A stretch of DNA of 64,000 nucleotides from Nitrosopumilus sp. (GCA_965197525.1 OZ240211.1:192001-256000); one strand, 5' to 3'. Counted from the first letter of the stretch, positions 31,465-41,288 are shown. The notes: a model not told the origin generated them from the sequence alone. Numbers and translations are program-made.

Positions 31465-32184
31465 ATGAAACACAAAATGAATCAACAAGAAGAATTGATT
31501 TTGAAAGTTTTATCTTCTGTAGATGTAATTGAAGGCAAGACTAAATTTGTAAAAATACTTCATTTTACATGTAAATTGTTTGAACAAAACCAAAAAAAAT
31601 CACCGTTTATCTTTAAAGCAGATCGTTTTGGAGTTAATACTCAAGAATTAGAACCGCTATTGCAAGATATGAAAGTACAAGGAACTATCAATATAAGCAA
31701 ATTACCAGATTCACAAAAGGATATTTTGTTTGCCGTAAATAGAGACCATGCATTTAAAGATAAAGAGATTCAGGAGATGAGTCCAAAAATAGAAATGTTA
31801 GTTTCAGAGATAAACTTGCATACGTATGAAGAAGTGATCGCATCATCGTACTGTTTATTTCCAGAAACTACAACAAATAGCGAGATTAAACCGAAAATAA
31901 ATAAAAAAATTACAGAGTTGTACTCGAAATTATGCTTAAATTTTGAAGAAGATTCTGATGTAATGGTCAAGGACAATCCTGTAAGCCATGATACTAGACC
32001 ACAATATCCACAATTCCATGATTTAGATATGAGATTACATATGATGAAATCTTTGGGGTTAGAGAGACTTCCTCCAATAATCCCAGATATCATTGATGCA
32101 TCATCAGGAATCATTGCCAAAGAAACCTTACTTCTTAAAAATTTCAACTTTGAAGAGCTTTTAGAGAATGACAGAAGGGGTTAG
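31465..32184 (+). CDS. Putative antitoxin (DUF4065/Panacea- or YwgA-like N-terminal domain)
   Basis: GKTKFVKILHF...F.F....FG...EL..LL pattern; overlaps the start of a PIN gene. Confidence 0.55.
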   Translation: MKHKMNQQEELILKVLSSVDVIEGKTKFVKILHFTCKLFEQNQKKSPFIFKADRFGVNTQELEPLLQDMKVQGTINISKLPDSQKDILFAVNRDHAFKDKEIQEMSPKIEMLVSEINLHTYEEVIASSYCLFPETTTNSEIKPKINKKITELYSKLCLNFEEDSDVMVKDNPVSHDTRPQYPQFHDLDMRLHMMKSLGLERLPPIIPDIIDASSGIIAKETLLLKNFNFEELLENDRRG

Positions 32185-32696
32185 AGTTTATTTTGATACA
32201 ATGCTGTATCTAAATAAATTCCGAGATCCTTACACAGTTAAACCAGAAACGACAAATATGTTCAACAAAGTAAAATCTGGTGAATTTAGATTGATTATTT
32301 CTCAAACAGTAATGATGGAGATTTATCATGTTTTGTGTTTATCCGTAGAAAAAATAAAAAAGTTTGAAGAGGCGTCAAAAATAATGGAAGAATCTAACAC
32401 AATGAATGATAAAATAAAAAAAAATTCTGCTTTCATTCCCAAATACTGAATTTGCAGATAAAGAGTTTGACGGAATTAAACCTGAAAATTTGATTCAGTT
32501 TGTAGAAAATGTGCCAGGATCAAATTTAATTGATTTTTATGGCAAGAAGCTGCCAGGATCAATGGATTTTATTCATTTAATGGTTGCATCGAATTTGAGA
32601 TGTGAAAAGTTCTTTACTTACGACACTGGTGTGTTAAAACTTGCTAGTTATAATCAAAAAGGAAATATGAAAATCATAGAACCGTACAGGCCATAA
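32168..32696 (+). pseudogene. PIN-domain (VapC-like) toxin split by a frameshift in an A9 tract
   Basis: VYFDT and VMMEI in ORF 32168-32449; SMDFIH and FTYD in ORF 32490-32696. Removing one A from 32416-32424 gives a single ORF. Confidence 0.75.
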
Positions 32697-32912
32697 TCTG
32701 GAATAACAAAAACAATATGTTACTTGTGGCGCGTTTCGTCTCTCATAATATCTTTTAATTTTAACAGACTAGATCATAAATTTTTGACAGCGGTGTTAAC
32801 GCATCTATGGCAGATCTGAGAAATCAATTATTATTCATAAATTCTTATCATTAAAGTTTAGTTTGTGAATCTTTGGAATTACATTACGTATCTGTTAACT
32901 GAATTTTGCATA

Positions 32913-34172
32913 TCATCGCTTTTTTGCACGTCTTCTTTTACTGTTATTGACTTTCTTTCTAATATGTTGTACCACCATTGGTAGAAATGCTCCTACATCT
33001 GACACTATTCCTAATGCCTGCCATGTGCCTCTGTCCATGAGTTTTGTAACAGTTGGCTGACTGATGTCAACTACGATTACTTTGACATCTGCAGGTAGCA
33101 TGTTACCCACTGCAATTGAGTGCAGCATTGTTGATATCATGATGACTATGTTTGTATCCTTTAGAACCTTCTTGTATTCGCGCTGCGCCACAGACACGTC
33201 TGTAATTACATCAGGCAACGGACCGTCATCCCTGATGGAGCCTGCCAATACAAATGGTATCTTGTTCTTTACGCATTCATACATTATTCCCTTTTGTAAC
33301 TTTCCTGTCCTTACCATGTTTGATATGGAACCTGCTTTGAAGACTGCATTGACTGTGACCATATGGTTTCTGTGTCCGTGATGTGCAAGTGTTGCATCAT
33401 TGACGTTCATACCCAATGATGTTCCTAATGTGGCATATTCTATATCGTGAACTGCAAGGGCATTTCCTGCCAGTACTCCGTCAATACATCCAAATCTTAT
33501 TAATTTTGATACTGCATCATCAGCTCCTGTGTGCACTATTGCAGGCCCGCCTACGATAATTATCTTGCCGCCATTCTTTTTTGTTTTGTAAATGTCATCT
33601 GCAACCTTTTTTGCAATATGTTGGGTGGGCCTCTCACTTGAACTTGAGCTGTTCATAAACTCAAATACATTTGAGCCCTCTCTTGGGCGTTCAGGTGGTG
33701 TGATTTTAATTCCATCCTCGCCTACAATTATCATGTCATTTTTTTTGATATCTCTTATTGGAATACAAAATGCCCTGTTATTCTTTATTACGATACACTT
33801 ATCCATCATCATGTTTTCTACATGAATCCACTTTTTCTTGTAAAATACGGATGTGCGGTTATTTGTTGTGCTGTAAAAATCATCAGGCATTACTTTGTCT
33901 TTTGCAGCTTTTTTTAACGCGATCTCTTTTTGGGTTTTGGCAGTTGCGCCAAATCGGTATACCGTCTCTAGAATCTTCTTGAGGTGTCCCTGGTTCTTTC
34001 CGGTGATTATTAATCGTGCAAATGAGCGCTCGTTCTTTCTCTTTCCGACAGTAATCTCCTCTACTTGAAACTCTCCTTGCAGGTCCATTACCTTGTCAAA
34101 TATCTTAGTCAGTATCATGGAGTCGATCAAATGTCCACTGACTTGGATCTCTTGAGAGAAATTGTTACTCAT
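32913..34172 (-). CDS. TIGR00300 family protein (LOR/SDH-like, ornithine cyclodeaminase-type)
   Basis: GHLIDSMIL start, PDDFYSTTN, GNALAVHDIE, LAGSIRDDGPLP. Confidence 0.88.
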   Translation of the reverse strand: MSNNFSQEIQVSGHLIDSMILTKIFDKVMDLQGEFQVEEITVGKRKNERSFARLIITGKNQGHLKKILETVYRFGATAKTQKEIALKKAAKDKVMPDDFYSTTNNRTSVFYKKKWIHVENMMMDKCIVIKNNRAFCIPIRDIKKNDMIIVGEDGIKITPPERPREGSNVFEFMNSSSSSERPTQHIAKKVADDIYKTKKNGGKIIIVGGPAIVHTGADDAVSKLIRFGCIDGVLAGNALAVHDIEYATLGTSLGMNVNDATLAHHGHRNHMVTVNAVFKAGSISNMVRTGKLQKGIMYECVKNKIPFVLAGSIRDDGPLPDVITDVSVAQREYKKVLKDTNIVIMISTMLHSIAVGNMLPADVKVIVVDISQPTVTKLMDRGTWQALGIVSDVGAFLPMVVQHIRKKVNNSKRRRAKKR

Positions 34173-34215
34173 AATACTTGGATTATATCACGATAACTAA
34201 AGCTTTACGTTGCTA

Positions 34216-35521
34216 GGTTCTGTGAAATTATAGAGACCTTACTTATGAGGATAGGCGTACATAAATGCCCCAAAATCATAGAATATTTGTTGAAGGCAAT
34301 AAAGTCAATAGCACAAAAATATACGCCAAACTCTGACCTAATGGATATGATGGCCACATTCACGGACATGGTTAACCGTTGCATCAAGATAGGGTTAAAA
34401 GAAGACACACACAATATGAAAAGGCTATCATGTCTATGCTATCAGGAATTGAGAGACTATGACATTTTGTCGTCATACAAACTAAATGCAATATCAAGAG
34501 CTGCTGGCATATTGGCAAACAGAAGACAGTCAATAAAACGTGGTGTCAAGGTTAGATACCCAAAGGTAACAAAGCCGTTTATCACTAATTGTTACGGTAT
34601 AAAACACAATGGTGCACTACTTACAATCCCATACAAGAGTAGAAATCCAATCAACATCTTGTTAAACCCGCATACCCAAAAAATCCTGTCAAATCCTGCC
34701 TTGACAGTACGCTCGTTTTCATTGACTGCCTTTAACATCAGTCTTTGTGTTTCCAAGGAGACTGAACAGATAGAATGTACCAAGGCAGTAGGAATCGATA
34801 GAAATTTGAGGAATGTTACATGTGGCAATGAGGAGCAAGTAACATTTTACAAGACAAACAAAATACTATCCATAAAAGAGAACACCATGCACGCCAGAGC
34901 CGGATTCCACAGAAATGATCGCAGAAAGAAAGGTCAATTCTGGAAGGTAAGACAGCAAAGAATGACCAATAGAACAAAACAATACATACACAGAATATCA
35001 AAAGATATTGTGGATAATGCAGTCAAAGAAAAGGCTGTAATCGTTCTAGAAAACCTAAAAGGAATTAGAAAACTCTACAAAAAAGGAAATGGTCAAGGCA
35101 ACAAATACAGGCGCAGATTAAACGGATGGCAATTCTACGAGTTGCAACGCCAAATAGAATACAAAGCCCAATGGGTAGGACTCCCACCAGTCGAATATGT
35201 AGACCCAAAAAACACGAGCACGCAGTGTCCAAGATGCGGAAAGAAACTCCAAGAGGACATGCAACACAGTCGTAAAATGTCGTGTAATAATTGCGGATTG
35301 TACATGGACAGAGACATTGTAGCTGCCATGAACATATCACGCAAACTGTCCCCTAGGTTTAGGGATAGTGGAGATAACATAGGTGAAGCGCAGTCCGGTG
35401 TTTTTGAACCGGCGATGATGGAACCCTGCATACCGGTAATCCAGATAGTCGATATGTCAAAGTCGAGTGATAGGAGGATATGACTTGTTAAATCAACAGG
35501 TACCTATAACTTCACAGAACC
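34216..35521 (+). mobile_element. TIR-bounded tnpB-only element (copy 3, 1306 bp)
   Basis: 24-bp TIRs ggttctgtgaaattatagagacct / aggtacctataacttcacagaacc (3 mismatches). Perfect 8-bp TSD cgttgcta (34208-34215 / 35522-35529). Confidence 0.94.
34287..35483 (+). CDS. tnpB: TnpB-like RNA-guided RuvC nuclease
   Basis: GIDRN, VLENL, CPRCG/CNNCG, DRDIVAAMNI. TTG start at 34287/34290 inferred from alignment with the other copies. Confidence 0.92.
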   Translation: MLKAIKSIAQKYTPNSDLMDMMATFTDMVNRCIKIGLKEDTHNMKRLSCLCYQELRDYDILSSYKLNAISRAAGILANRRQSIKRGVKVRYPKVTKPFITNCYGIKHNGALLTIPYKSRNPINILLNPHTQKILSNPALTVRSFSLTAFNISLCVSKETEQIECTKAVGIDRNLRNVTCGNEEQVTFYKTNKILSIKENTMHARAGFHRNDRRKKGQFWKVRQQRMTNRTKQYIHRISKDIVDNAVKEKAVIVLENLKGIRKLYKKGNGQGNKYRRRLNGWQFYELQRQIEYKAQWVGLPPVEYVDPKNTSTQCPRCGKKLQEDMQHSRKMSCNNCGLYMDRDIVAAMNISRKLSPRFRDSGDNIGEAQSGVFEPAMMEPCIPVIQIVDMSKSSDRRI

Positions 35522-35526
35522 CGTTG

Positions 35527-35883
35527 CTATACAGGTAAGATTACCTTACCCTCGAATTTTGGGATATTGTCATCTTGAAGTGCTTTTTCTATGACTTGTT
35601 TTTGTTGGACTGTGACTCCTTGGACTATGGTTTTAGATGATCCAGTCTTGTCAACTAGCGCAAGAATGTATCCGCTGCTGTCAGTTAGTACAAATCCAGA
35701 TGATTCATCAACAAATGCGTATAGATTCTCCTCGCCTACAGGGTTCCAGACCTTTGTAGTACTGTTATTGTTTGCCACTAGTGCTAGTGCAGGCATGGCT
35801 TTACCATCAGTCAGTGAATTAAGATATTCTCTTGCTGCGGCAACTCTTTTTTGGCCCAACTTTAATGCTTGAAAGTATTGCAT
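35527..35883 (-). CDS. Conserved hypothetical protein
   Basis: 118-aa ORF; its TAG stop lies inside the TSD. Confidence 0.7.
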   Translation of the reverse strand: MQYFQALKLGQKRVAAAREYLNSLTDGKAMPALALVANNNSTTKVWNPVGEENLYAFVDESSGFVLTDSSGYILALVDKTGSSKTIVQGVTVQQKQVIEKALQDDNIPKFEGKVILPV

Positions 35884-36157
35884 GATTTAGTAATGACAGA
35901 CTGGTTATAAAAACAAATTTGTGTATCAAACAGATGTTATCTCTGGGTACTGCGTGATTCTGTAGATAGACATTCTAAATACACGTTGTTGAAGTTATGT
36001 ACAACATCGAGTCCTTGATATTGGTATACACTATACCACTTGACAAGCAAGTATACGTGACTTGTAATTTCTCCTTCTCCTTCTTTTTTTATCTGTCATC
36101 GACTAATCTTGAAACTTTGTTCAAAAGACAGTTATATGATCAGCACTCAAGACCGTC

Positions 36158-36535
36158 ATGCCTCTTACAAACGAAGTGATAATAAAGCTAAATGAGATTA
36201 CATTGCTAGTTGAGGATAAATCAAAGCTTACAGAATCTGAGACCGATGAGATAAAAACCATCTTTAGAAATCTTGTAAAGAGCAATCAAAGATATGATAT
36301 GGATGAGATAGAGTACTGGTTTAGCAATGAGGGTAGCTGGACAGTAAGAGAACCTAGAATTCGAATCGTCAACCTTGCAAATTACGTTCAAGACAAGTAC
36401 CAACAGACTGCTCATTTGAGAATTCTCTCTGATACTAGTTGTAATGATGATGGTTGCTGTAGTGATGATGGCGGTGGTAGTAGCAGCAGTAGTGATGGCC
36501 GCAGTGATAGCGGCAATGACGACCATAAATGCTGA
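36158..36535 (+). CDS. Conserved hypothetical protein with a low-complexity D/S/G tail
   Basis: Globular ~95 aa followed by NDDGCCSDDGGGSSSSSDG. Confidence 0.7.
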   Translation: MPLTNEVIIKLNEITLLVEDKSKLTESETDEIKTIFRNLVKSNQRYDMDEIEYWFSNEGSWTVREPRIRIVNLANYVQDKYQQTAHLRILSDTSCNDDGCCSDDGGGSSSSSDGRSDSGNDDHKC

Positions 36536-36538
36536 AAA

Positions 36539-36763
36539 CTAGTCTTCTAGCTGTTCTAACAACCTCTTGACAATTTTCGAGTTCTCTGTTCTCGCACTCT
36601 GTATCTCTTTTATACGTACATTATCTTTGTCGTCTTTTACAACCAATTGAAAATATTCTTGGTCTAGGTCACTGTTTGTCTGCTGTCTTTTAATTATTTC
36701 AAACAAAATTCCGATCACCTGTTTTTGCGCATCAATTAGTTCGTCTTTACTGTTCTGGGACAC
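36539..36763 (-). CDS. Small helical hypothetical protein
   Basis: 74-aa ORF convergent with the previous gene. Confidence 0.6.
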   Translation of the reverse strand: MSQNSKDELIDAQKQVIGILFEIIKRQQTNSDLDQEYFQLVVKDDKDNVRIKEIQSARTENSKIVKRLLEQLED

Positions 36764-37029
36764 TGCTATGTTTTAGTTGCATGTATCTATATAATTTTAT
36801 TTTTCTTTCTTTTCCTATCTGCCATCTCATATTTGACATATCTACACTGATATTTTATCTAACTCTGATCCGACTCTTAAATCAAAAACTAGTGGCTCAA
36901 AGTCAATCTCAACCAAAAAAATAAACATATGGCATAGTTAGCTCTGATGCAAGCTGCATTAATCTAAACAAGTTTTCTCTCAAATAATTATCTAAATATA
37001 CATTTACAAATTCGATATATCATCTAGTT

Positions 37030-37578
37030 CTATAAAATATCATCAAGTATCTTTACTAATTTTGGATCTGTGATTTCATCTTTTGCAGTTTTCAAAAAAG
37101 TTTCAATATCATACTGTGTTACTTCTCTGATATCTGTTCTGCATTTTGGTATATCTTTGCGCGCCATTTCTAGTTTATCAATCTGATGCAACAATCTTGA
37201 TTCCTCGGTTGCATTCTCCTTGTATTCTTGCCAAATTCTCTGATATGCCGATTGTATGGTTGGAGGCAAATGGTCTAATATTTCTGAGAATGCATCATCT
37301 TCTAGCTGCATCTTTTTTGATTTAGAGATTTGGTTTGGAGTGTAATCTCCGATTTTTGATTCTGCTAGATCATGTAGCAATGCCATTTTAATCATTTTTT
37401 CAGAATCATATCCATTTACATCTGACATGATCATACACATTATTGCTACAGAGTACGAGTGATCAGCTACTGATTCAGGATTGACAATAGATAATTTCTC
37501 TATCCAGCCTTGTCTTGGAACCTCTTTGAGATGTGCTACAGTATTGAAAAAGTCAAGTATCATGCTATCCCTGTTCAA
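37030..37578 (-). CDS. HD-domain phosphohydrolase (YfbR/HDDC2-like)
   Basis: PRQGW, ESVADHS, ALLHDLAE, DKLEM. Confidence 0.9.
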   Translation of the reverse strand: MNRDSMILDFFNTVAHLKEVPRQGWIEKLSIVNPESVADHSYSVAIMCMIMSDVNGYDSEKMIKMALLHDLAESKIGDYTPNQISKSKKMQLEDDAFSEILDHLPPTIQSAYQRIWQEYKENATEESRLLHQIDKLEMARKDIPKCRTDIREVTQYDIETFLKTAKDEITDPKLVKILDDIL

Positions 37579-37580
37579 TT

Positions 37581-38186
37581 TTGGTATTATTGGGTTTCGA
37601 AGCGTATATTAGCTATTTTTTACCTATGGAATCTGTGAAAATATACACAAAAACAGGAGATGAAGGAAATACCGGACTACAAGACAATTACCGAATATCA
37701 AAATCACACCCACGAATAATATCTTATGGAACAGTTGATGAGGCCAATGCCGCATTGGGAATAGTTCTTGCAAACTCGCTTGATGATGACGTCGCTGATA
37801 TTTTAACTAGGATACAAAACGATCTGTTTGTGGTAGGCGCTGACCTCTCAAACTCTAATCTAAACGATGTAAAAAACCGTATATCACTTGACATGATTGA
37901 TAATTTAGAGCGACATATTGACAAATTTGAATCAGAGTTAGAACCTTTGACTAGCTTTATTCTCCCTGGCGGTGTCATCCCTGCAGCGCAGCTGCATCAT
38001 GCGCGGACAATTGTAAGAAGAGCTGAGACTTTGACTGTTAAACTAAGTGAAACAGCAGAGATCAACTCTAATTGTATAAAATACCTTAACAGGCTATCTG
38101 ATCTGTTGTTTGTAATGGGTCGATTGGCAAACAAGCGTAAAAACAACAAAGACGTAGTCTGGAAACCCAAAAGAGACAAGTTTTAA
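37581..38186 (+). CDS. pduO: PduO-type cob(I)alamin adenosyltransferase
   Basis: KIYTKTGDEG, YGTVDEAN, FILPGG, RTIVRRAE, YLNRLSDLLF. True start is probably the ATG at 37626. Confidence 0.92.
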   Translation: MVLLGFEAYISYFLPMESVKIYTKTGDEGNTGLQDNYRISKSHPRIISYGTVDEANAALGIVLANSLDDDVADILTRIQNDLFVVGADLSNSNLNDVKNRISLDMIDNLERHIDKFESELEPLTSFILPGGVIPAAQLHHARTIVRRAETLTVKLSETAEINSNCIKYLNRLSDLLFVMGRLANKRKNNKDVVWKPKRDKF

Positions 38187-38214
38187 TTCCTCAATCATAC
38201 ACATCCTTTCGAGT

Positions 38215-38291
38215 GCCGAGGTAGCTCAGCCTGGGAGAGCACTCGGCTGAAGACCGGGCTGTCGCAAGTTCAAATCATGCCCTCGGCACCA
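38215..38291 (+). tRNA. trnF: tRNA-Phe(GAA), CCA encoded
   Basis: Acceptor GCCGAGG/CCTCGGC, D-arm GCTC/GAGC, anticodon arm CTCGG-CTGAAGA-CCGGG, TTCAAAT loop. Confidence 0.95.
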
Positions 38292-38480
38292 TTTCAATTG
38301 TGCTTTTGCCATGTGTGTGATTTGGCAATATTTTAGCATGACAGTGATACCTAGACTATGATGTCAATATCTGAAGAGGTATTTTACCAATCACCCGTGT
38401 ACCCTATCTAGCATCTGACAAACTAGAATCGTGCATTGACTAAAAATACGACTGGTGCTCAAATGAATCAATTTTGAATA

Positions 38481-38735
38481 ATGTTTAAAAGTAACCCTAT
38501 CCCTTGTTTTTCGATATCTATGGCTGAAAAGGTAGCTAAAAAAAAGACCAAAAAGCAAGCAAACAAGACAAGTAAAGGTCGTAAATCCAAATCTAAATCC
38601 AAGAAAGCAAAAGAAGAACCACTAGGTGATGGCATTGTCATAGTTGATGATGATATTGAGGTTGATCAAGACAAAATCAACGAAGAACGACGTGCTTATC
38701 TTGAGGAAGCTCGTTCTCAAGAAGCATTTGACTAG
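38481..38735 (+). CDS. Small Lys-rich/acidic hypothetical protein
   Basis: Basic N-half and acidic C-half; start may be the ATG at 38520. Confidence 0.65.
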   Translation: MFKSNPIPCFSISMAEKVAKKKTKKQANKTSKGRKSKSKSKKAKEEPLGDGIVIVDDDIEVDQDKINEERRAYLEEARSQEAFD

Positions 38736-38770
38736 GAAATACTTATCAGAGCTAACAGCATATATCCAAT

Positions 38771-39010
38771 ATGCGAGCCTTGTGTTTGATTCTAGTAAAG
38801 CCCGGCAAGGTTGATTCGGTAGTTGAAGTTTTAAAGAAAAAGCGCAAGGTGGTAAAACAAGTCATGATAGTTACAGGAAGAGCTGACATTAGTGTTATTT
38901 TACAAGGCAACATAAACGAAATTAATAACATGGTGATTGATTTTAGAAAGATAAAGAATATCGAGACTACTGAAACGTTAATTGAAGTGGAGGTTAATCT
39001 AGGATGGTAA
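38771..39010 (+). CDS. Lrp/AsnC ligand-binding domain protein
   Basis: VTGRADI...IETTETLI RAM-domain pattern. Confidence 0.8.
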   Translation: MRALCLILVKPGKVDSVVEVLKKKRKVVKQVMIVTGRADISVILQGNINEINNMVIDFRKIKNIETTETLIEVEVNLGW

Positions 39011-39222
39011 GGGCAATTATTCTAGTAAAATCTCCTAAAAAACTAATTGCTGCAAGGTTAAGAAAGATATCATCTGTTGCTGACTCGTTTCCTACTAGTG
39101 GACAATTTGATGCTGTTGCTATAATTGTAGTTGACGAACTAGTTCAGATAAAACAGATCACAACCCAGATTCAAAAAATCACAGGTGTTGAGAGAACGGA
39201 AACCATGGTTGAAGTTACATAG
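39004..39222 (+). CDS. Lrp/AsnC ligand-binding domain protein (paralog)
   Basis: TSGQFDAVA...GVERTETMV. Confidence 0.8.
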   Translation: MVRAIILVKSPKKLIAARLRKISSVADSFPTSGQFDAVAIIVVDELVQIKQITTQIQKITGVERTETMVEVT

Positions 39223-39438
39223 CGTGTTTTTTCTAAACGCGTTTTGTATTCATTCTTATGCTTTGTTTGAACTATTGGTGTGATGGTATTATTCTGAGTT
39301 TTACTGCCGTGCTATAGTATCCTGATATTATCAATCCTATTATTATTATTATCACTGCCTTTACTAAGATCTGGTAATTTTTTAAACCTTTTTTATTTTA
39401 TCGCTTACACTTTTGAAAAATTGTACATGTAAGACATG

Positions 39439-40341
39439 CTACTTGTTGATCTTTTTTATGTATTCTATTATCCCTGTATAGTCTATATGTCCGAATCCTT
39501 CTACAACTGCGTCATTGTATATTTGCTCTGCATGATTGATCATAGGTAGATGTATATCTAAAGCGTTTGCAGCATCTGTAATTGTACTGATATCTTTTTT
39601 AAGATTTGCAAGTGTAAACGTGGTGTTGTATTTACCATTTATCATGTTGTATGCCTTTTTTTCACTCATTCCGGTCTTAAAATATGTAGAGTTTAAAACC
39701 TCGAGAAATATCTCTGGCTTTACACCTGATTCTTTTACAAGGGTGATGCCTTCTGATAGTGATAGTGCCAGCATTGCAATCTGAAGGTTCATAGCTAGCT
39801 TGACTGCATGTGCAACTCCATTACTATCACCAAGCAAAAAGACCTTTCTTGCAATGACATCAAAGACGTCTATGCATTTGTCAAAGCCTTCTTTATTGCC
39901 TGATGCCATCATTACTAGATCACCTGTAATTGCAATATTTGGTCCTCCCATTACAGGAATATCTAATTTAATCATATTGTATTCTTGAAATTTTTCAAAT
40001 GTCTTCACTGACTCTGCAGGTGAGATGGTACTCATATCTGCTACAATCAAGTTTTTGTGATAGCCTTCTACTATTCCGTCTTTATTAAATGAGACCTGTT
40101 TTACAGCATGCGCATCTGTTACTATGATTATTACTAGTTCAGAGTTTTCTGCCACTTCTCTGGGAGTTTTTACAATCCTAACTCCTTGGTCTTTTAATTG
40201 GAGTGTCTTCTCTTCTGTTCTATTATATGCTGTTACATCAAATCCTGATTTGATCAAGTGCGATGCCACTGCTGTTCCTAGCATTCCTAGTCCGACTATT
40301 CCAACTTTTTTTATGCCTGTATTGCTAGTGTCGCTCTTCAT
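39439..40341 (-). CDS. 3-hydroxyisobutyrate dehydrogenase-family NAD(P)-dependent oxidoreductase
   Basis: GIVGLGMLG, DMSTISP, DIPVMGG, VKLAMN. Confidence 0.9.
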   Translation of the reverse strand: MKSDTSNTGIKKVGIVGLGMLGTAVASHLIKSGFDVTAYNRTEEKTLQLKDQGVRIVKTPREVAENSELVIIIVTDAHAVKQVSFNKDGIVEGYHKNLIVADMSTISPAESVKTFEKFQEYNMIKLDIPVMGGPNIAITGDLVMMASGNKEGFDKCIDVFDVIARKVFLLGDSNGVAHAVKLAMNLQIAMLALSLSEGITLVKESGVKPEIFLEVLNSTYFKTGMSEKKAYNMINGKYNTTFTLANLKKDISTITDAANALDIHLPMINHAEQIYNDAVVEGFGHIDYTGIIEYIKKINK

Positions 40342-40711
40342 CTCTAATCTCCCAGTGATTGCCTCTAAACCTTGGTGCTACAAACTCTAGCTGACCTATT
40401 GTTTTATCACCTCTCTTGACTTTGGCAAAATCAATCTTTTGTCTTGTAAACGTTTTCTCCTTTGGTTTGTATCCTCCTTCTATGACCTTTACCTTGAATC
40501 TCTTGCTGGCTCTGAGAATTAACTTTCTTGCAATTTGCACGTCACCTATCCACGAAAACATCTCAAAATCTCCAAAGTTTTTTGTAGATACATTGTATCC
40601 ATATAACCTAGCTTCAAGTTTTATTGACTGTGTCTTTGCTTGCTGGTTTAGCCATGCTACTACCTTCTCCCCATGGCCTCTCTCCACTCCAAACGTCTCT
40701 GAATCCCTCAT
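40325..40711 (-). CDS. Conserved hypothetical protein
   Basis: 128-aa ORF overlapping the start of the dehydrogenase. Confidence 0.7.
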   Translation of the reverse strand: MRDSETFGVERGHGEKVVAWLNQQAKTQSIKLEARLYGYNVSTKNFGDFEMFSWIGDVQIARKLILRASKRFKVKVIEGGYKPKEKTFTRQKIDFAKVKRGDKTIGQLEFVAPRFRGNHWEIRDEERH

Positions 40712-41288
40712 ATGACTAAGCTTGTAATGCTATACCATAATAATAATTTTCATAGCTATAATATTTTTTGACTTGGTTGATAATACAGACATAGTTTATC
40801 TTTAAAAAGTATCTTTTAATTCAAACATCTTCAGTTGGTATGGCGACCACATCATTATGCCCATGTCTAATGTTGTATTAGGTATTTGGGATCTTGAACA
40901 TACACCTTTTCACGTCATACTATTTATCAGTATCATGTCTTGTATTTGATTGCATTTCATACATGAATGCATCGGCAAAGATTTTATCATGCTGTCATCA
41001 ATAGAGGTGCTTTAGAAAATAACGTGCCTAATTTTTTGTTTTTCAGTTTATGTATCATGTATAATATTATGATCAACTGTTTTTTACCAAACGCCTGTTT
41101 TAATTCTTCGTTATCTTTTTAGAATATTTCTACTGCCATCAAATGTAAGATATCTTGAATTAGTTTGATGGCTGCACTGTAGTGTGCTATAACAATAGAT
41201 ATCATGGCAGCTATATGGATTGTGGCAGGGATTGATGGTAATTGAAAAAAACAAAAAATAATCTATTTGGAGTGTGGTAACGGCATGT

